DNA of 64,000 bases from a virus (taxonomy: Duplodnaviria; Caudoviricetes): positions 64,001-128,000 of the IMG/VR virus record IMGVR_UViG_3300028591_000101. One strand, written 5' to 3'. How positions within the stretch are numbered: the stretch's first letter is position 1; every line of letters begins with the position of its first letter. The notes beneath the pieces were generated by a model. It did not search any database and was not told the origin of the DNA. It saw only the letters and a list, made by a program, of their open reading frames with translations. Positions 28,015-39,469 of this stretch are shown here, piece after piece. The position numbers and the translations under genes are program-made.

Positions 28015-31000
28015 AATAAGAACAACAGTTGGTCAAGAGGCTGATAGCTTTCTTGACGTACATCTTGACCAGGAATATGACAGTTTTGAAATTCTGTCAC
28101 TTAAAATCAGCGATAAGGACACCTATAGGCTACATAACGCTGATTATGGCGTTATTGTTGGAAGAGTGCTGGCAAATGGAAACTTTGGCGTTCCGAATGC
28201 CAAGGTAAGTGTTTTTATTCCGGCAGACGAGACAAATAAAGACCTTGAATTGTGGAATCTATATCCATATACGTCAACATCAACCCAAAATGACAAGAAT
28301 ATAAGGTATAATCTTTTACCGGACCAATCAGTAAAAGACTGCCACAAGGCCGTAGGAACATTCCCAAACAAGACATACTTGCTTGAAAATGACGGAATTC
28401 TTGAGATTTTTGACGAGTACTATATCTACACAACAAGGACGAATGATTCCGGAGACTACGTTATATGCGGTGTTCCAACTGGCATGCAGACTCTCCATAT
28501 GGACCTTGACCTATCAGATTGCGGCATTCTTTCACAGAGGCCGAGAGATTTCGTTTATAAGGGATATACAATTGAACAGTTTGATAATCCGAACCAATTC
28601 AAGAAGGACGAAAACATTGACAGCCTATCACAAATATTCAGTCAGAACCAGCCTGTTTATGTTTATCCATTCTGGGGAAATGAAGATAACGGTGACAATA
28701 TAGGGATTACCAGGGCCGACATTCAAATTTCATTCAAGTTTGAGCCGACATGCGTGTTCATGGGCAGTGCTATTTCGGACAATCCGTCCAACGGTGTTAG
28801 CAAAAAATGTGTTCCCACAAATCAAATGGGGACCATGGATGAGCTTACCGCTGGCGAAGGTACCATTGAGATGATACGCAAAACACCAGGAGGAAACGTT
28901 GAAGAATTTGCAATCAAAGGAAACCAGCTTATTAATGGAAATGGTGTCTGGTGCTATCAGATACCAATGAACCTTGATTATATGATGACCGATGAATACG
29001 GAAATATGGTTCCTACTGATGACCCTGAAAAAGGTATTCCGACAAGGGCGAGGGTTCGTTTCCGTGCATCACTTACCGACATGGAAAATAGCATACAAAG
29101 CTATTACAGGGCGAAGTATCTAATTCCGAACAATCCGGATATTGATAGTGAAAAGGTTGATTATAATTTTGGTACGTATACTGATGAAAGCTCTTATAGA
29201 GACTTGTTCTGGAATGGTGTATATACAGTCAAGTCATACATACCTCGTTTCCAAAAGTCAAAGAGATGGAGAAATGAAAGATTTTCTGGTATAAAGGCGT
29301 GTAATTATTATGGCGGAAACAATCCGATGCCATACAATAATATGCGCATTAAGCTGCCGTTCATGTTCACTGTCCTCTGCATTTTTGTTAAACTATTTAT
29401 AAAGCTTGTGACGCTTGTCAATAGAATTATCGCTGGTATAATAAAAGTTATAGCAGGCGTACTTGAGCTGTTTTTCCCAACAGTAAAGCTTATTGCGAGG
29501 GTCGTTAAATTTTTTAATTCAAAAGCCGGTGATTCTATATTAAATGCTGTTGATGGCATAGTTGCAAAATTTATTAATCCCGTCATAAGAAGATATGGGA
29601 TTCACTGTACGTTCATTGGTGACGGACTTTGTCCGGATATGGAAGGGTGGTATTTCGCTCCAGGATGTACGCTAGGGAAAAACAGGTTTAAATCAACAAC
29701 CAGAACTTTAATGGAAAATACACTGGCTGCAGCTGCTGGAACCGGAGAAAATCTTGAGGGCTTGGACGGAAGCCAAGACACACAGGACTCAATGAACTCT
29801 GGTGAATTTATTGATGAAACTTCCATTGATGTTCAGAATACGGCTTCAAGTGAGGAAGGGAGTGTATGCTTGACAAGAGATGTCAATTATCTGGTTAATT
29901 GCTTTGAAATGAATATTGCCCAAGAATATAGGGTTATTAAATTTGACTTCTATAATGACTGGGTAAATGGTGTTATATATTTTCCTAGATGGTTCAGAAA
30001 AATAAAGAGAAAGAAAAAGTATAGAATTTCCCTAAAGAAAGGGGATAAACTCATCACTTCTTATTATAAGGATAAGGTATTTGGTTGCATGAACTCTGAG
30101 ACTTCTCGCGTAAAGAAGTCCAGGTATTATACACAACAATGTTCTTTGCAATATACGGCTGAGACAAGTAATAGCCCGTGGTCAAAGATTGTAACCGAAC
30201 GGAATTGCTACAATACCCCTAAAACCAAGAAAAGAAACAGTGGAGTCAACATTATACCTGCGAAGTGTCACAAGAAGCAGGGTATGGACCAGTCAAGCAT
30301 TTTTGGAAAAAAATCCGGTCTTGTTACCGAAGAAACAACAATGCTCGGCCAGTTTGTGTATTACTTGAAGCCTTGTGAGTGGAAAGATACCAATAATGGA
30401 AGGGTTCGTACGCTGCTCTTTGCCACAGACATTGTCTTACTTGGTACTTTGAATGATTGTGACGAAAATGGTATACCACAAGCATTCAAATATCTGAACA
30501 ATTCATCTTATATCATGCCGACGAATCTGGCGTTGACTACGATGGATGACGATGCTTATATATATGCTGCAGGCGATGGAACAATATGCGCCTCAAAAAA
30601 TAAGCAGAGTCAGGGTGGTACGCCTCCGGAGCAAGAAGGTGTTAAGAGGATTACGCCAAATTATGAGTCAACATATAGCGCATATAGCAAGACTGATGGT
30701 GATGCAATTACATATGAAGAAAATGATGACCCGATTCCAGTAACGGAAGCGGCGGGTATAAACTGGAACTATTCAGGCCCTGGTCAAGACGATGTGGACT
30801 TAGGTAAGTTGGAAGATTCACAAAGTTTCCTGGCTCGTTTGTTCGGGGCTGGTAATAGAAGGTTTGACTTCCTTTATTATCCAGGAGGCCATTTTCTTGG
30901 TTTATCATGCACAAACAGCGAATCAAATATAAAATCATGTGTTAACCTCAAAAGAATTTGTGAGGTTGGCGCATCTATGTCTCAGAGAAGGGAAGAGGTG

Positions 31001-34000
31001 CGCGGTTACACTATTGAGGGTGACATAAAATATCGTTATTATGTTCCGACTGGCCTTATAAGTAACGTTGATATAGAAGGGGCTTCATTTAGGTCAATGT
31101 TCGCCACGCTTAATCATCACACTCTGAATGCGACTGAACGAAATGATGTTACGGGATATAAGAAATATAATTTCAGGTTTTTGCGCCCGGATGGATTTGA
31201 TGGTTCTTTGGGAAGCATTGTCCATCTTCCGAATTCGCCGTATAACAAAAAAGTAAATGATAGGGCTGAACATCATTACATAACCGATGCAACAAGTCTT
31301 TTTGAAAGATTGTTTATGGGCGCTTGGCAAAGACCAGATGATTATGACCCTAAGGAGATTGAATACACCGAAAGAAGAACTGTTGAAGACCAGATTGATG
31401 ACTATTTCATGTTTAGATTTGGCCTTGAAGGGTTTAGCAATAATGAACAGAGAAAGCACTTCTTATCAAAGAAGGGCCGTGGTTATATTTTCCCGCAGTA
31501 CGAAAATTCCTTCTATTTTTACTTCGGTCTAAAGGATGGTTCAACTGCGCTTGATGAATTTAAGAAACAATTCTTTAGCGAGTGTCAGTCAAACAACGTC
31601 ATGAAGGAGCCTTTAATCAACATAAATGAAACAATAGATAGCAATCTTAACGGAAAGGCGCTACTGACGATTGATAATATGATTCCGCCATATGAGATAA
31701 CTGTTATTGACAGCACGAGCGGTGATAAATTTGGCCCGAAAACATTTGAAATTGATACCATGCAGCTTGCTACAATAGTTGAGACTGGTTTATCAATTGG
31801 GCATGAATATGTTGTTACGGTTACGGATAGTATTGATAATTCATTAACTAAAAAGTTTGTTTTCGGTGCAGATGCCGTACAAATTGATGTGCAAACCGTT
31901 AATTTTAGGGTTCCAGCCACAGGTCCGACAAATACCCCGAATAAGGGTGGTTTCATTAAAATAAACCACAATCTTACTATTCTGAATAGCGGATATACTG
32001 TTGGAGATGGAGTTAGTTTTAAATTCAGAAAGGTTGAGAATGGTGTACCGGGACCGTACGAAACATATTCCGAAACAACGTACATTGATGCTGGTGGCGA
32101 AATGTGGCATCTATATTATGTGCCGTCCGTTGGTACATTTGAAGTGCTAGCGTATTATCACGATAACTATGTCTCTGTTTACACCACGAAGATTGAGGAT
32201 AATAGAACGGTAAACCTTTATGTTGCTTGCGATTATCTTTCATATAAGCCAGAATACAAGGGTGGTTCAGTCTATGCCCCCGCGTTTAATGGCGGTCTGA
32301 AGAACATATCAAATGCTGATTGGTATAATGGGGCCCCATTCCGTGGTTCTGGCTGGGAAAATTGGCTAATGCGTCATACATATTATCGCCAAACAGAAAA
32401 TGATGCCCTGTCCTATGACAATTATATTTACACGAAGGGTAAGTGTGATGTTGCCATCTTTGGCCAGCCGGAAAAGGGAGGTAGTGTTCCTGGGGCTAGT
32501 TTGAATGGAACAGGCGTTGATGCGCAAGGAAATACACCAAATAGTTATTCCAATGATTATGATGACTTCCCGGGCTATGTTGTAGACGATACATATACCT
32601 ATATACCCACAATGTACTTTAATCCATCAAATAAACTGGAACAAACTGGGGTGTTTAGGAATGCGTTTGACGCTATGTCTTATACCGAAGATGGGCGTGC
32701 GGCTGCAGATGCTCTTGACGCGAACATAACGTCATATAATTTTTCAGATGGAACCGTAACACTTGGTTTTTCTGGTGGAAATGGAAAATTGACGAATGGA
32801 CATGGTTGTATTGTTGTATTTGAGGACGGTACGATTATGTTCCCGGTTGTTCGGGGAGGAAATTTGGTTGCAAAGTATCCAACAGATATATACCCAGAAG
32901 GTCCTGCAACACAATTGCTTTCAATGGCAACAATTTATCCGACGTTGAGGATTCCTTCTGTATATAAGCCATTCTATGGGGAAATTTCCGCCGCTACATG
33001 GAGTCTTGTTGCTCTGTCGGTGTCGCCAAATGAAAATAATGAAACTGTTGCCTTAAGAAATAATTTACCGGCATCATATAAGGTTGAGGGTAATATTTTC
33101 AATGGTCTTACGTGGAATAATCATTTTTATTCTGGGGATACAGCTGGTGAATATGATACATATTTCATGTACAAGAACGACAGAAGATTTTATGATGCAC
33201 TGACAACAAACTCAAGCCTTGATTACGAATGTAAGAGGAAAATTACCCCTGATGGTAAGTTTGGTCAGGGTTCATGGATTGCTACCGGTTTTGCCTATGG
33301 GCGTGAAATAAGCGCATTTACTGATAGCGTTGTGGATATAAATCAAATCTCTTATGCTGTAAGGGAAGGAATACCACCGGAAGAAGCGATTAAGGCCTCT
33401 TATCCAAATGTATTTACTGAGAGGTATTTGGGTGGTTTTGACCATACATTACTGAAGGATAGTTGCTCTTTTGAAACGGCATTCTACGAAGACCTCGTCA
33501 TAAAGCTTTTTGACACTAACAGTGAAATGTCTGGACAATGGACCGTATATTCAGATGAAGGGGCTTTGGGCGCAGAAACCAAATATTATATTTCGTCCGC
33601 TGAGATATTTGACAGGTCTCAGTCGCCAATGGTCGTTGATGAAGCGTATGACAACGACAATAGCAACAGACAAAAATATTGTCACGGATATTATAATAAG
33701 AATGCAAAAAACGATAAAAAGGGCGAAATTGTTTCCGTAACATATAGAAATCCGCTAATCGGAAGCACCAGGTATGAATATTATATAACTAATGACAGTG
33801 GTGCTAGAGTCAAAGAAGAGGTGAGGCCAGCATCTGAGAGTGAATTATATAATGTTGGAATTACGTTACTGCACGGATATACCATAAAGCCAGTATTCGC
33901 TTTAAACTTGGATACTCTTTCATCCATTGTCAATGGAGGTCAAGAATTTGAGGTTTCAACAAAGGGAAAAATTAAGAATGTTTTCAGCGGAGAAAACCTC

Positions 34001-34480
34001 AAGACGATAGTTGCAGTTTATCAAAAGCCTGTTGATGGAACAAATAATAAAATGACCGTATATCGCTTGTATCCGATTGGCATGCTTCCTGTTGTTTATC
34101 CTGCAGGTACTGGTGGGGTTGAACCATATATTAATGCACCGTCGGCCTTGACCTACAATAAGGAACAGCAGTCGGTTGCGATACCTGTTTCAACCAATGT
34201 AACATTTAGGATTGAGGTTAGCTCTCAGGGAGGATGGATAACTTATAGAACTTCTGATTATGGCCCTACGAACAATTCAATAGTTGTTCATTTAGCCCTT
34301 AATGATACTGGAAGCGATAGGCGAGGAACAATAACATTAATATGTACCGATACAAACGTTGAACTTGACAATTTCACCATCACAATAACTCAGACAAAGG
34401 ATGAGTTAGCTGATATCCAGGGTGAGATTGACGAAATTAAGGACGACATACAGGAGTTAAGCGGTAGAACGGGCAACTAG
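27989..34480 (+). CDS. Giant (2163 aa) virion/tail-associated protein with an internal hydrophobic helix and a C-terminal BACON-like domain plus coiled coil
   Basis: N-terminal carboxypeptidase-regulatory-like beta-sandwich; hydrophobic stretch around aa 455-510; WIT...NDTGSDRRGTITL...ITITQ. Confidence 0.65.
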   Translation: MAKHNKSYRIRTTVGQEADSFLDVHLDQEYDSFEILSLKISDKDTYRLHNADYGVIVGRVLANGNFGVPNAKVSVFIPADETNKDLELWNLYPYTSTSTQNDKNIRYNLLPDQSVKDCHKAVGTFPNKTYLLENDGILEIFDEYYIYTTRTNDSGDYVICGVPTGMQTLHMDLDLSDCGILSQRPRDFVYKGYTIEQFDNPNQFKKDENIDSLSQIFSQNQPVYVYPFWGNEDNGDNIGITRADIQISFKFEPTCVFMGSAISDNPSNGVSKKCVPTNQMGTMDELTAGEGTIEMIRKTPGGNVEEFAIKGNQLINGNGVWCYQIPMNLDYMMTDEYGNMVPTDDPEKGIPTRARVRFRASLTDMENSIQSYYRAKYLIPNNPDIDSEKVDYNFGTYTDESSYRDLFWNGVYTVKSYIPRFQKSKRWRNERFSGIKACNYYGGNNPMPYNNMRIKLPFMFTVLCIFVKLFIKLVTLVNRIIAGIIKVIAGVLELFFPTVKLIARVVKFFNSKAGDSILNAVDGIVAKFINPVIRRYGIHCTFIGDGLCPDMEGWYFAPGCTLGKNRFKSTTRTLMENTLAAAAGTGENLEGLDGSQDTQDSMNSGEFIDETSIDVQNTASSEEGSVCLTRDVNYLVNCFEMNIAQEYRVIKFDFYNDWVNGVIYFPRWFRKIKRKKKYRISLKKGDKLITSYYKDKVFGCMNSETSRVKKSRYYTQQCSLQYTAETSNSPWSKIVTERNCYNTPKTKKRNSGVNIIPAKCHKKQGMDQSSIFGKKSGLVTEETTMLGQFVYYLKPCEWKDTNNGRVRTLLFATDIVLLGTLNDCDENGIPQAFKYLNNSSYIMPTNLALTTMDDDAYIYAAGDGTICASKNKQSQGGTPPEQEGVKRITPNYESTYSAYSKTDGDAITYEENDDPIPVTEAAGINWNYSGPGQDDVDLGKLEDSQSFLARLFGAGNRRFDFLYYPGGHFLGLSCTNSESNIKSCVNLKRICEVGASMSQRREEVRGYTIEGDIKYRYYVPTGLISNVDIEGASFRSMFATLNHHTLNATERNDVTGYKKYNFRFLRPDGFDGSLGSIVHLPNSPYNKKVNDRAEHHYITDATSLFERLFMGAWQRPDDYDPKEIEYTERRTVEDQIDDYFMFRFGLEGFSNNEQRKHFLSKKGRGYIFPQYENSFYFYFGLKDGSTALDEFKKQFFSECQSNNVMKEPLININETIDSNLNGKALLTIDNMIPPYEITVIDSTSGDKFGPKTFEIDTMQLATIVETGLSIGHEYVVTVTDSIDNSLTKKFVFGADAVQIDVQTVNFRVPATGPTNTPNKGGFIKINHNLTILNSGYTVGDGVSFKFRKVENGVPGPYETYSETTYIDAGGEMWHLYYVPSVGTFEVLAYYHDNYVSVYTTKIEDNRTVNLYVACDYLSYKPEYKGGSVYAPAFNGGLKNISNADWYNGAPFRGSGWENWLMRHTYYRQTENDALSYDNYIYTKGKCDVAIFGQPEKGGSVPGASLNGTGVDAQGNTPNSYSNDYDDFPGYVVDDTYTYIPTMYFNPSNKLEQTGVFRNAFDAMSYTEDGRAAADALDANITSYNFSDGTVTLGFSGGNGKLTNGHGCIVVFEDGTIMFPVVRGGNLVAKYPTDIYPEGPATQLLSMATIYPTLRIPSVYKPFYGEISAATWSLVALSVSPNENNETVALRNNLPASYKVEGNIFNGLTWNNHFYSGDTAGEYDTYFMYKNDRRFYDALTTNSSLDYECKRKITPDGKFGQGSWIATGFAYGREISAFTDSVVDINQISYAVREGIPPEEAIKASYPNVFTERYLGGFDHTLLKDSCSFETAFYEDLVIKLFDTNSEMSGQWTVYSDEGALGAETKYYISSAEIFDRSQSPMVVDEAYDNDNSNRQKYCHGYYNKNAKNDKKGEIVSVTYRNPLIGSTRYEYYITNDSGARVKEEVRPASESELYNVGITLLHGYTIKPVFALNLDTLSSIVNGGQEFEVSTKGKIKNVFSGENLKTIVAVYQKPVDGTNNKMTVYRLYPIGMLPVVYPAGTGGVEPYINAPSALTYNKEQQSVAIPVSTNVTFRIEVSSQGGWITYRTSDYGPTNNSIVVHLALNDTGSDRRGTITLICTDTNVELDNFTITITQTKDELADIQGEIDEIKDDIQELSGRTGN

Positions 34481-34494
34481 AATAATGGTTAAAA

Positions 34495-36696
34495 GTGAAA
34501 AAAATGCAAAGGAAACTTTTACAAGAAAAAAGTTTAAATAGAATGCGCGGTAATGCGGAGAAGTCAATGAATGTTGACCTCTCCGCAAAATCACGTCTTA
34601 TACCCTTTTCAGATACTGCAGATATGTTGAGCCTTAATGACTTGTATATTGAAGAAAGGGATGCTTGTGAAAATTATCGCATGATTCTGTCGGTTAATCC
34701 TATATGCAGCAACATATTATATAATGCAGTAACTGAACCGGTATATAAGGAAGGAAGTTATTCCGCAATCAATCTTGCCATAGAGACGGTGAGGAAAGAT
34801 AATACTGATATATTTCCAGAAGGCACCATGAACCAGAGCGGTGACACTGATGGAAATAAAATAGTTGACCAAATAGGTGCTGTACGTGATACAGAGTATT
34901 CGCACGAAAGAATCGGAAATTTCAAATATCATTGTGGGTACGATTTTTTCAACAACCATCTTTTAAGGACGAGTGAGTTTGAGCACGTAAAAATGGAAGA
35001 GAGTGTGACTCCGAAAAATGCAGTTGAATTCAATACCATTTTTGATTTTGCAATTGACCATAGTGGAAAAACGGTCACCAGGGTTATAGGGGAAAGCGAA
35101 GGCCCAGTGAGAGGAAGTGACTTGGTACGCGAAAACATAAGAATGTATCAATTGGACAACATGAGGTCAATTAATACAGCATTTTATGATGAATTTAGAG
35201 AGCTTAATGGCTGGTACGGGTTTTATAATACAGGATACATAAACATTCCGAACGGGAAATTAAACGGAGAAGAAATTTCATTAAACCGAATATTGAACAA
35301 TGAAGTTCCGTGTGGCTTTGTTGATTTATATCCGGACAGGTCGTTATATAGCTTCATCCCAAAAGTAAATCGTTTCAAAAAGAGATTGGAAAGGAATTGG
35401 GATTGTACTGTTGTGTATCCATATAAGAGTGATTACGAAACGTTTGGAAAAATTAACAAAAACCTTGCGAATGCTGTAAGAGTCATAAATGCAAAAATTG
35501 TTTATAATAACGTTGGTGACGAACTTATCCAGATGCATACCCTTTTAAGGCATACACTTAATCCGGGCGACGAAATAAGACTCTTTTATCGTGACAGCCA
35601 AGGAGAGGCACTTTTTGATAATATGGAATGGGAAGAATACCTTGCTACGAATGGGGTTGAAGTTCGCAGATATACAGTTCCAGTAAAGGTTATTAGTGTT
35701 GGCGACCAGAAAGGAAACGACAAAAAGCATTATTTCACCATAAAAATGTCCGATGTTAATATCATATGTGGTGTGATTGAGTCCGAAGGCAAAACTAAAC
35801 TACCGGGGATTAAGGATTCAACGGGTAATGTATCCGGCCCGATTTATTTTTTCTATAAGAAGATTGAAAACGGCGTTGATGATAGGTACTATTTCAGAAA
35901 GTTCAAGCAGTTATTAAACTATGAATATGTTATGATTCTTCCGGATGAGGTACCAAGCGAAGAATACGCCGAACTTGTCGGGAGGGCCACCAAAGTAATA
36001 CATGAACCAACGACAATCAATGAAAACAGCCCGAAAATAATACGGCTTGCTAATGACATATTTGTTCGCGTATCAAGGCCTCTGACATATACCCAGAATA
36101 AGATTGCATTTGGAGAGAATATCTACGGAGATAGGGTTGCCCAGGTCATCTTTAATGATGACATATGTGTAAGTGGCCTTAAAGACAACCTTGGGAGGCC
36201 ATTAACAAGTGTTTATTTTGCATCCGTCAAGACAAACAGAGGTCATAAAGAATGGTACGAAGAGAATAATTTTACGGCGGATACTGTTGAATATTCTCAC
36301 TGTTTCGGAGATGTAACGTCTGGCCTTGACTTACCGTCAGATGAAGAGTCAACGGAATACAACGTGAGGAAACTTTATAATGTATTTATTGAAAATCCGG
36401 ACTTTGACAGGGATTATGCTGAAGGACTTTCACTAGCTTTATATGACGCTCCGACTGGAAATTACAGCGGAACCCCGACCCCGCTTGAAAGTGCTATAAC
36501 AGTTGATGATTTTGATGAATTTTTCGGTGATATAGTTGAATTTAGCAAAATTGATTTCATTGAGACGCCCATTGAAAAAGTCTATCACAGATTCAATACG
36601 GCCCAAAGAGAGTGTTTGTCTAACAACAAATACTTTGACATAAATTATGATAATCTGGTCGGAGACCTGTTTGATGTAGATGAAGTAAATGAATAA
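34495..36696 (+). CDS. Putative baseplate/tail structural protein
   Basis: 733-aa ORF within the structural operon (start may be ATG 34504). Confidence 0.55.
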   Translation: MKKMQRKLLQEKSLNRMRGNAEKSMNVDLSAKSRLIPFSDTADMLSLNDLYIEERDACENYRMILSVNPICSNILYNAVTEPVYKEGSYSAINLAIETVRKDNTDIFPEGTMNQSGDTDGNKIVDQIGAVRDTEYSHERIGNFKYHCGYDFFNNHLLRTSEFEHVKMEESVTPKNAVEFNTIFDFAIDHSGKTVTRVIGESEGPVRGSDLVRENIRMYQLDNMRSINTAFYDEFRELNGWYGFYNTGYINIPNGKLNGEEISLNRILNNEVPCGFVDLYPDRSLYSFIPKVNRFKKRLERNWDCTVVYPYKSDYETFGKINKNLANAVRVINAKIVYNNVGDELIQMHTLLRHTLNPGDEIRLFYRDSQGEALFDNMEWEEYLATNGVEVRRYTVPVKVISVGDQKGNDKKHYFTIKMSDVNIICGVIESEGKTKLPGIKDSTGNVSGPIYFFYKKIENGVDDRYYFRKFKQLLNYEYVMILPDEVPSEEYAELVGRATKVIHEPTTINENSPKIIRLANDIFVRVSRPLTYTQNKIAFGENIYGDRVAQVIFNDDICVSGLKDNLGRPLTSVYFASVKTNRGHKEWYEENNFTADTVEYSHCFGDVTSGLDLPSDEESTEYNVRKLYNVFIENPDFDRDYAEGLSLALYDAPTGNYSGTPTPLESAITVDDFDEFFGDIVEFSKIDFIETPIEKVYHRFNTAQRECLSNNKYFDINYDNLVGDLFDVDEVNE

Positions 36697-37588
36697 TATG
36701 GAAGAAAATAGAGAAACATATTCAGAGGCAAACGTTGTGATGCCGATGTCTTCACTTAGGTCTCCAAAGATTGTTATGGGGGCAGCTAAGCAGGATAAAT
36801 TTTCCGTTTCATCATATACCTTGAACAAGATAGTGAATGACATGGAAGAAGAAAAAATATTTCCAGGGAATATCGCCCCGGAAGGTTATTTTTATTCTCC
36901 ATTTCATGAAATAAAGCTTAAGGAGCTTGATGACGAGATACATGAGTTGTATGTAAAAAGGATTAATTTTGACCCCTTACATGGAGCGGGTGCATATACA
37001 TCATCTGTTACGATGTATGACCCGTCCGCTGGTACCTTTGAAACTGGAGACATCAGTGTCATTACTATCGTATCTCCGGTTTCGTACGATTTTACCATTG
37101 GCCAGCCATTTTCAATTTATGATGTGATGGAAGATATGACATATAGGGGCCATCTGGATGTTTTTAACACAAATCCGAATGGAACCTGTACATTGACAAT
37201 CACAACGACAGCGAAGATAAATAGTAATTCACTAGCCGGAGGACTTGCGAATGGAAAAAGCGGTTACATAATTTCAATGCTGGAAGAAAATGCCCCAGAA
37301 TATGCTGAATTCGTTCCGTCGTCCCAGAAACTTATATGGAGAGGACCAAAGAAGATGTCCGAACTGACCAGCGATTCGCCTCTCTATAATATGCCGTTTA
37401 CAAACGGAAGGCTTTATGTGCACAAGAACATAAATGTTTTTGTCAGAAGACAAGACCCTCACAATGATTTCCACGTTTTCAAACCGGCATTCAACAACCC
37501 GTTGCGCAGATTCCAAGTTGAAGGCAATGCGAAACTTAATTTGGACTATTACAGTTATATAATTGATTCTATGGTAGATAGCTGTTAA
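36689..37588 (+). CDS. Putative structural protein
   Basis: Overlaps the upstream gene; operon context. Confidence 0.55.
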   Translation: MNNMEENRETYSEANVVMPMSSLRSPKIVMGAAKQDKFSVSSYTLNKIVNDMEEEKIFPGNIAPEGYFYSPFHEIKLKELDDEIHELYVKRINFDPLHGAGAYTSSVTMYDPSAGTFETGDISVITIVSPVSYDFTIGQPFSIYDVMEDMTYRGHLDVFNTNPNGTCTLTITTTAKINSNSLAGGLANGKSGYIISMLEENAPEYAEFVPSSQKLIWRGPKKMSELTSDSPLYNMPFTNGRLYVHKNINVFVRRQDPHNDFHVFKPAFNNPLRRFQVEGNAKLNLDYYSYIIDSMVDSC

Positions 37589-37589
37589 A

Positions 37590-39461
37590 ATGAAAACATT
37601 TAAGATTACAAAAAAAACAAACGAACCCGTAATTACTGTCCCAATTGATAAAGTTTATTATCAGTTGATATCAAGTGGTGCGGATATGTGCCTTGCTGTT
37701 AACAAAAAAGTATCTTTTGAATTAAGCGAGGGAAGCAAAATACGTTTTACAAAATACGCAAGTGGTAATTCTGGTGAGATGATAACTGTATGTGAGGACG
37801 ATGCGGTTATTAAAAAGATAGTTGATTCCGGGGATTATAGATATTGTTATTTTGATTATATTTTCATAAAGCCCTATACGGTTGAATCTTTTCTTAAGAT
37901 AAACAGTGTGGATGGGTATAAATACAAATTTTACTTTACAACAGATGTCACAATGGCACCTGGTGATTTCTTATGCTATAACTCGTATAAATTATATGTA
38001 AAAAAGAACAACGGCGATATAGTCTATTTTGGTGACCTTGCGCAATGTTATCCGGATGAAATAACCGCCGGACAAGACATAAACGATATCGGAGGATATT
38101 GTTGTGATGACGAAAAAGAGCGTTTTAATTACGAAACGATGGAAAAAAACAGCGTATTGGCAAAAATAAGCGGGATAACCAAAGGCCAGCAGTTCACTCC
38201 ATCCCCAGGAGACCAAGTTCTATTCGCAACAAATCCATATTATTTTAGTCTAAGCGACGGTAAAAGGGTAAATACATTCGGCGACGGATGCAATCCGGGG
38301 AGCGATGTTGTTGTCTCAAAGTATACAAATTACATGGGGCTAGGTATTTCCATTGATGAGGATTATGACGCTAAGAGAATGTTTCAGGAGTATCAGGTAA
38401 ATGATTTGTTTATAAAGAAAATTAAAAACAGCATAATACCAGATTTCATTGACCTTGAAAAAGTTAAATATGCTCCGGCGTTCTTTAAAGAATATAAATC
38501 CGGGACAACCGAAGATGATGAAACGACTTTCAATGAGCTTGAGTTGGCAACCGGTCTTACATTTAACCTGCATTTCCGTTCAAGAAACATGCTAAGCGAG
38601 CTTGAAACCGGTTCAAAATACGAATTTGAAGACGTTTGGCATGTTGATGATGCGACTGAAACATGGAATGGGAATGGATTAAATAGGAACGGCAGTTTTG
38701 ATTTGAAGTACAAGGAAGATTTTTACACTACCGCACAAGAAGAATTTTTGAACTCATCAAATCTTATAGGGTATCTTGGCTTCACAGATGATGATATATA
38801 CAACCAGAAAAACAGGGTAAAACAAACATTCATACGTCTTTCATTTTATGATGATGACAACCCGCTGACCCAGAATTTGCTTTATTATTCTACGATATTT
38901 TTAGATAGTGGCGAATTGTATGGAAAGTTTGTGAAGAGAAAGGCCGAGCTTCTTGACGCGAATGAAAATCACAATTTTTTGGAGTTTCCAGTAGTGTGGT
39001 CACCGGCGTCAGAAAACTACAATTCAAGTGCTGTCACAACACAAATTACGGTCAATGACGAATATGACATATCAAAGTCCGGAGAGGGATTTAATCTGTA
39101 TCTTTTTAGACAGGACGCACCCATTGAAAACTACCCGCAGGATATTTATATGAAAATAGAGTTTAACCATGCCGGAAACGGAAGAACAGTACCTCTCATT
39201 TTCTGGAGAAAGCAGTCAGATGGTATGGGCGGTACGGTTGACATACCGGTTGACCTAACAATTGAGAATTACCTTAAAAACCTTTATATTAAGGTAAGGA
39301 TTTCGTTAACGGATAGGGGGTATGTATACAGTTTCCCAGATGCTGTTGCGGCTGATAATGAAGAAATGGGTGGAAGGCGAAATGGTATCGTGTGGGAAAA
39401 CGACAGATTAGTGTTTAACCTTTTTGAACCTATGATAACTCCGGACAATTTTGAAGACTAA
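37590..39461 (+). CDS. Putative structural protein
   Basis: 623 aa; operon context. Confidence 0.55.
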   Translation: MKTFKITKKTNEPVITVPIDKVYYQLISSGADMCLAVNKKVSFELSEGSKIRFTKYASGNSGEMITVCEDDAVIKKIVDSGDYRYCYFDYIFIKPYTVESFLKINSVDGYKYKFYFTTDVTMAPGDFLCYNSYKLYVKKNNGDIVYFGDLAQCYPDEITAGQDINDIGGYCCDDEKERFNYETMEKNSVLAKISGITKGQQFTPSPGDQVLFATNPYYFSLSDGKRVNTFGDGCNPGSDVVVSKYTNYMGLGISIDEDYDAKRMFQEYQVNDLFIKKIKNSIIPDFIDLEKVKYAPAFFKEYKSGTTEDDETTFNELELATGLTFNLHFRSRNMLSELETGSKYEFEDVWHVDDATETWNGNGLNRNGSFDLKYKEDFYTTAQEEFLNSSNLIGYLGFTDDDIYNQKNRVKQTFIRLSFYDDDNPLTQNLLYYSTIFLDSGELYGKFVKRKAELLDANENHNFLEFPVVWSPASENYNSSAVTTQITVNDEYDISKSGEGFNLYLFRQDAPIENYPQDIYMKIEFNHAGNGRTVPLIFWRKQSDGMGGTVDIPVDLTIENYLKNLYIKVRISLTDRGYVYSFPDAVAADNEEMGGRRNGIVWENDRLVFNLFEPMITPDNFED

Positions 39462-39469
39462 GGACCAAT

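Noticed and set aside
29392-29401. ACTATTTATA inside the 2163-aa CDS as an internal promoter
   Set aside because: It encodes KLFI within a hydrophobic helix, with no plausible gene start nearby; probably chance.
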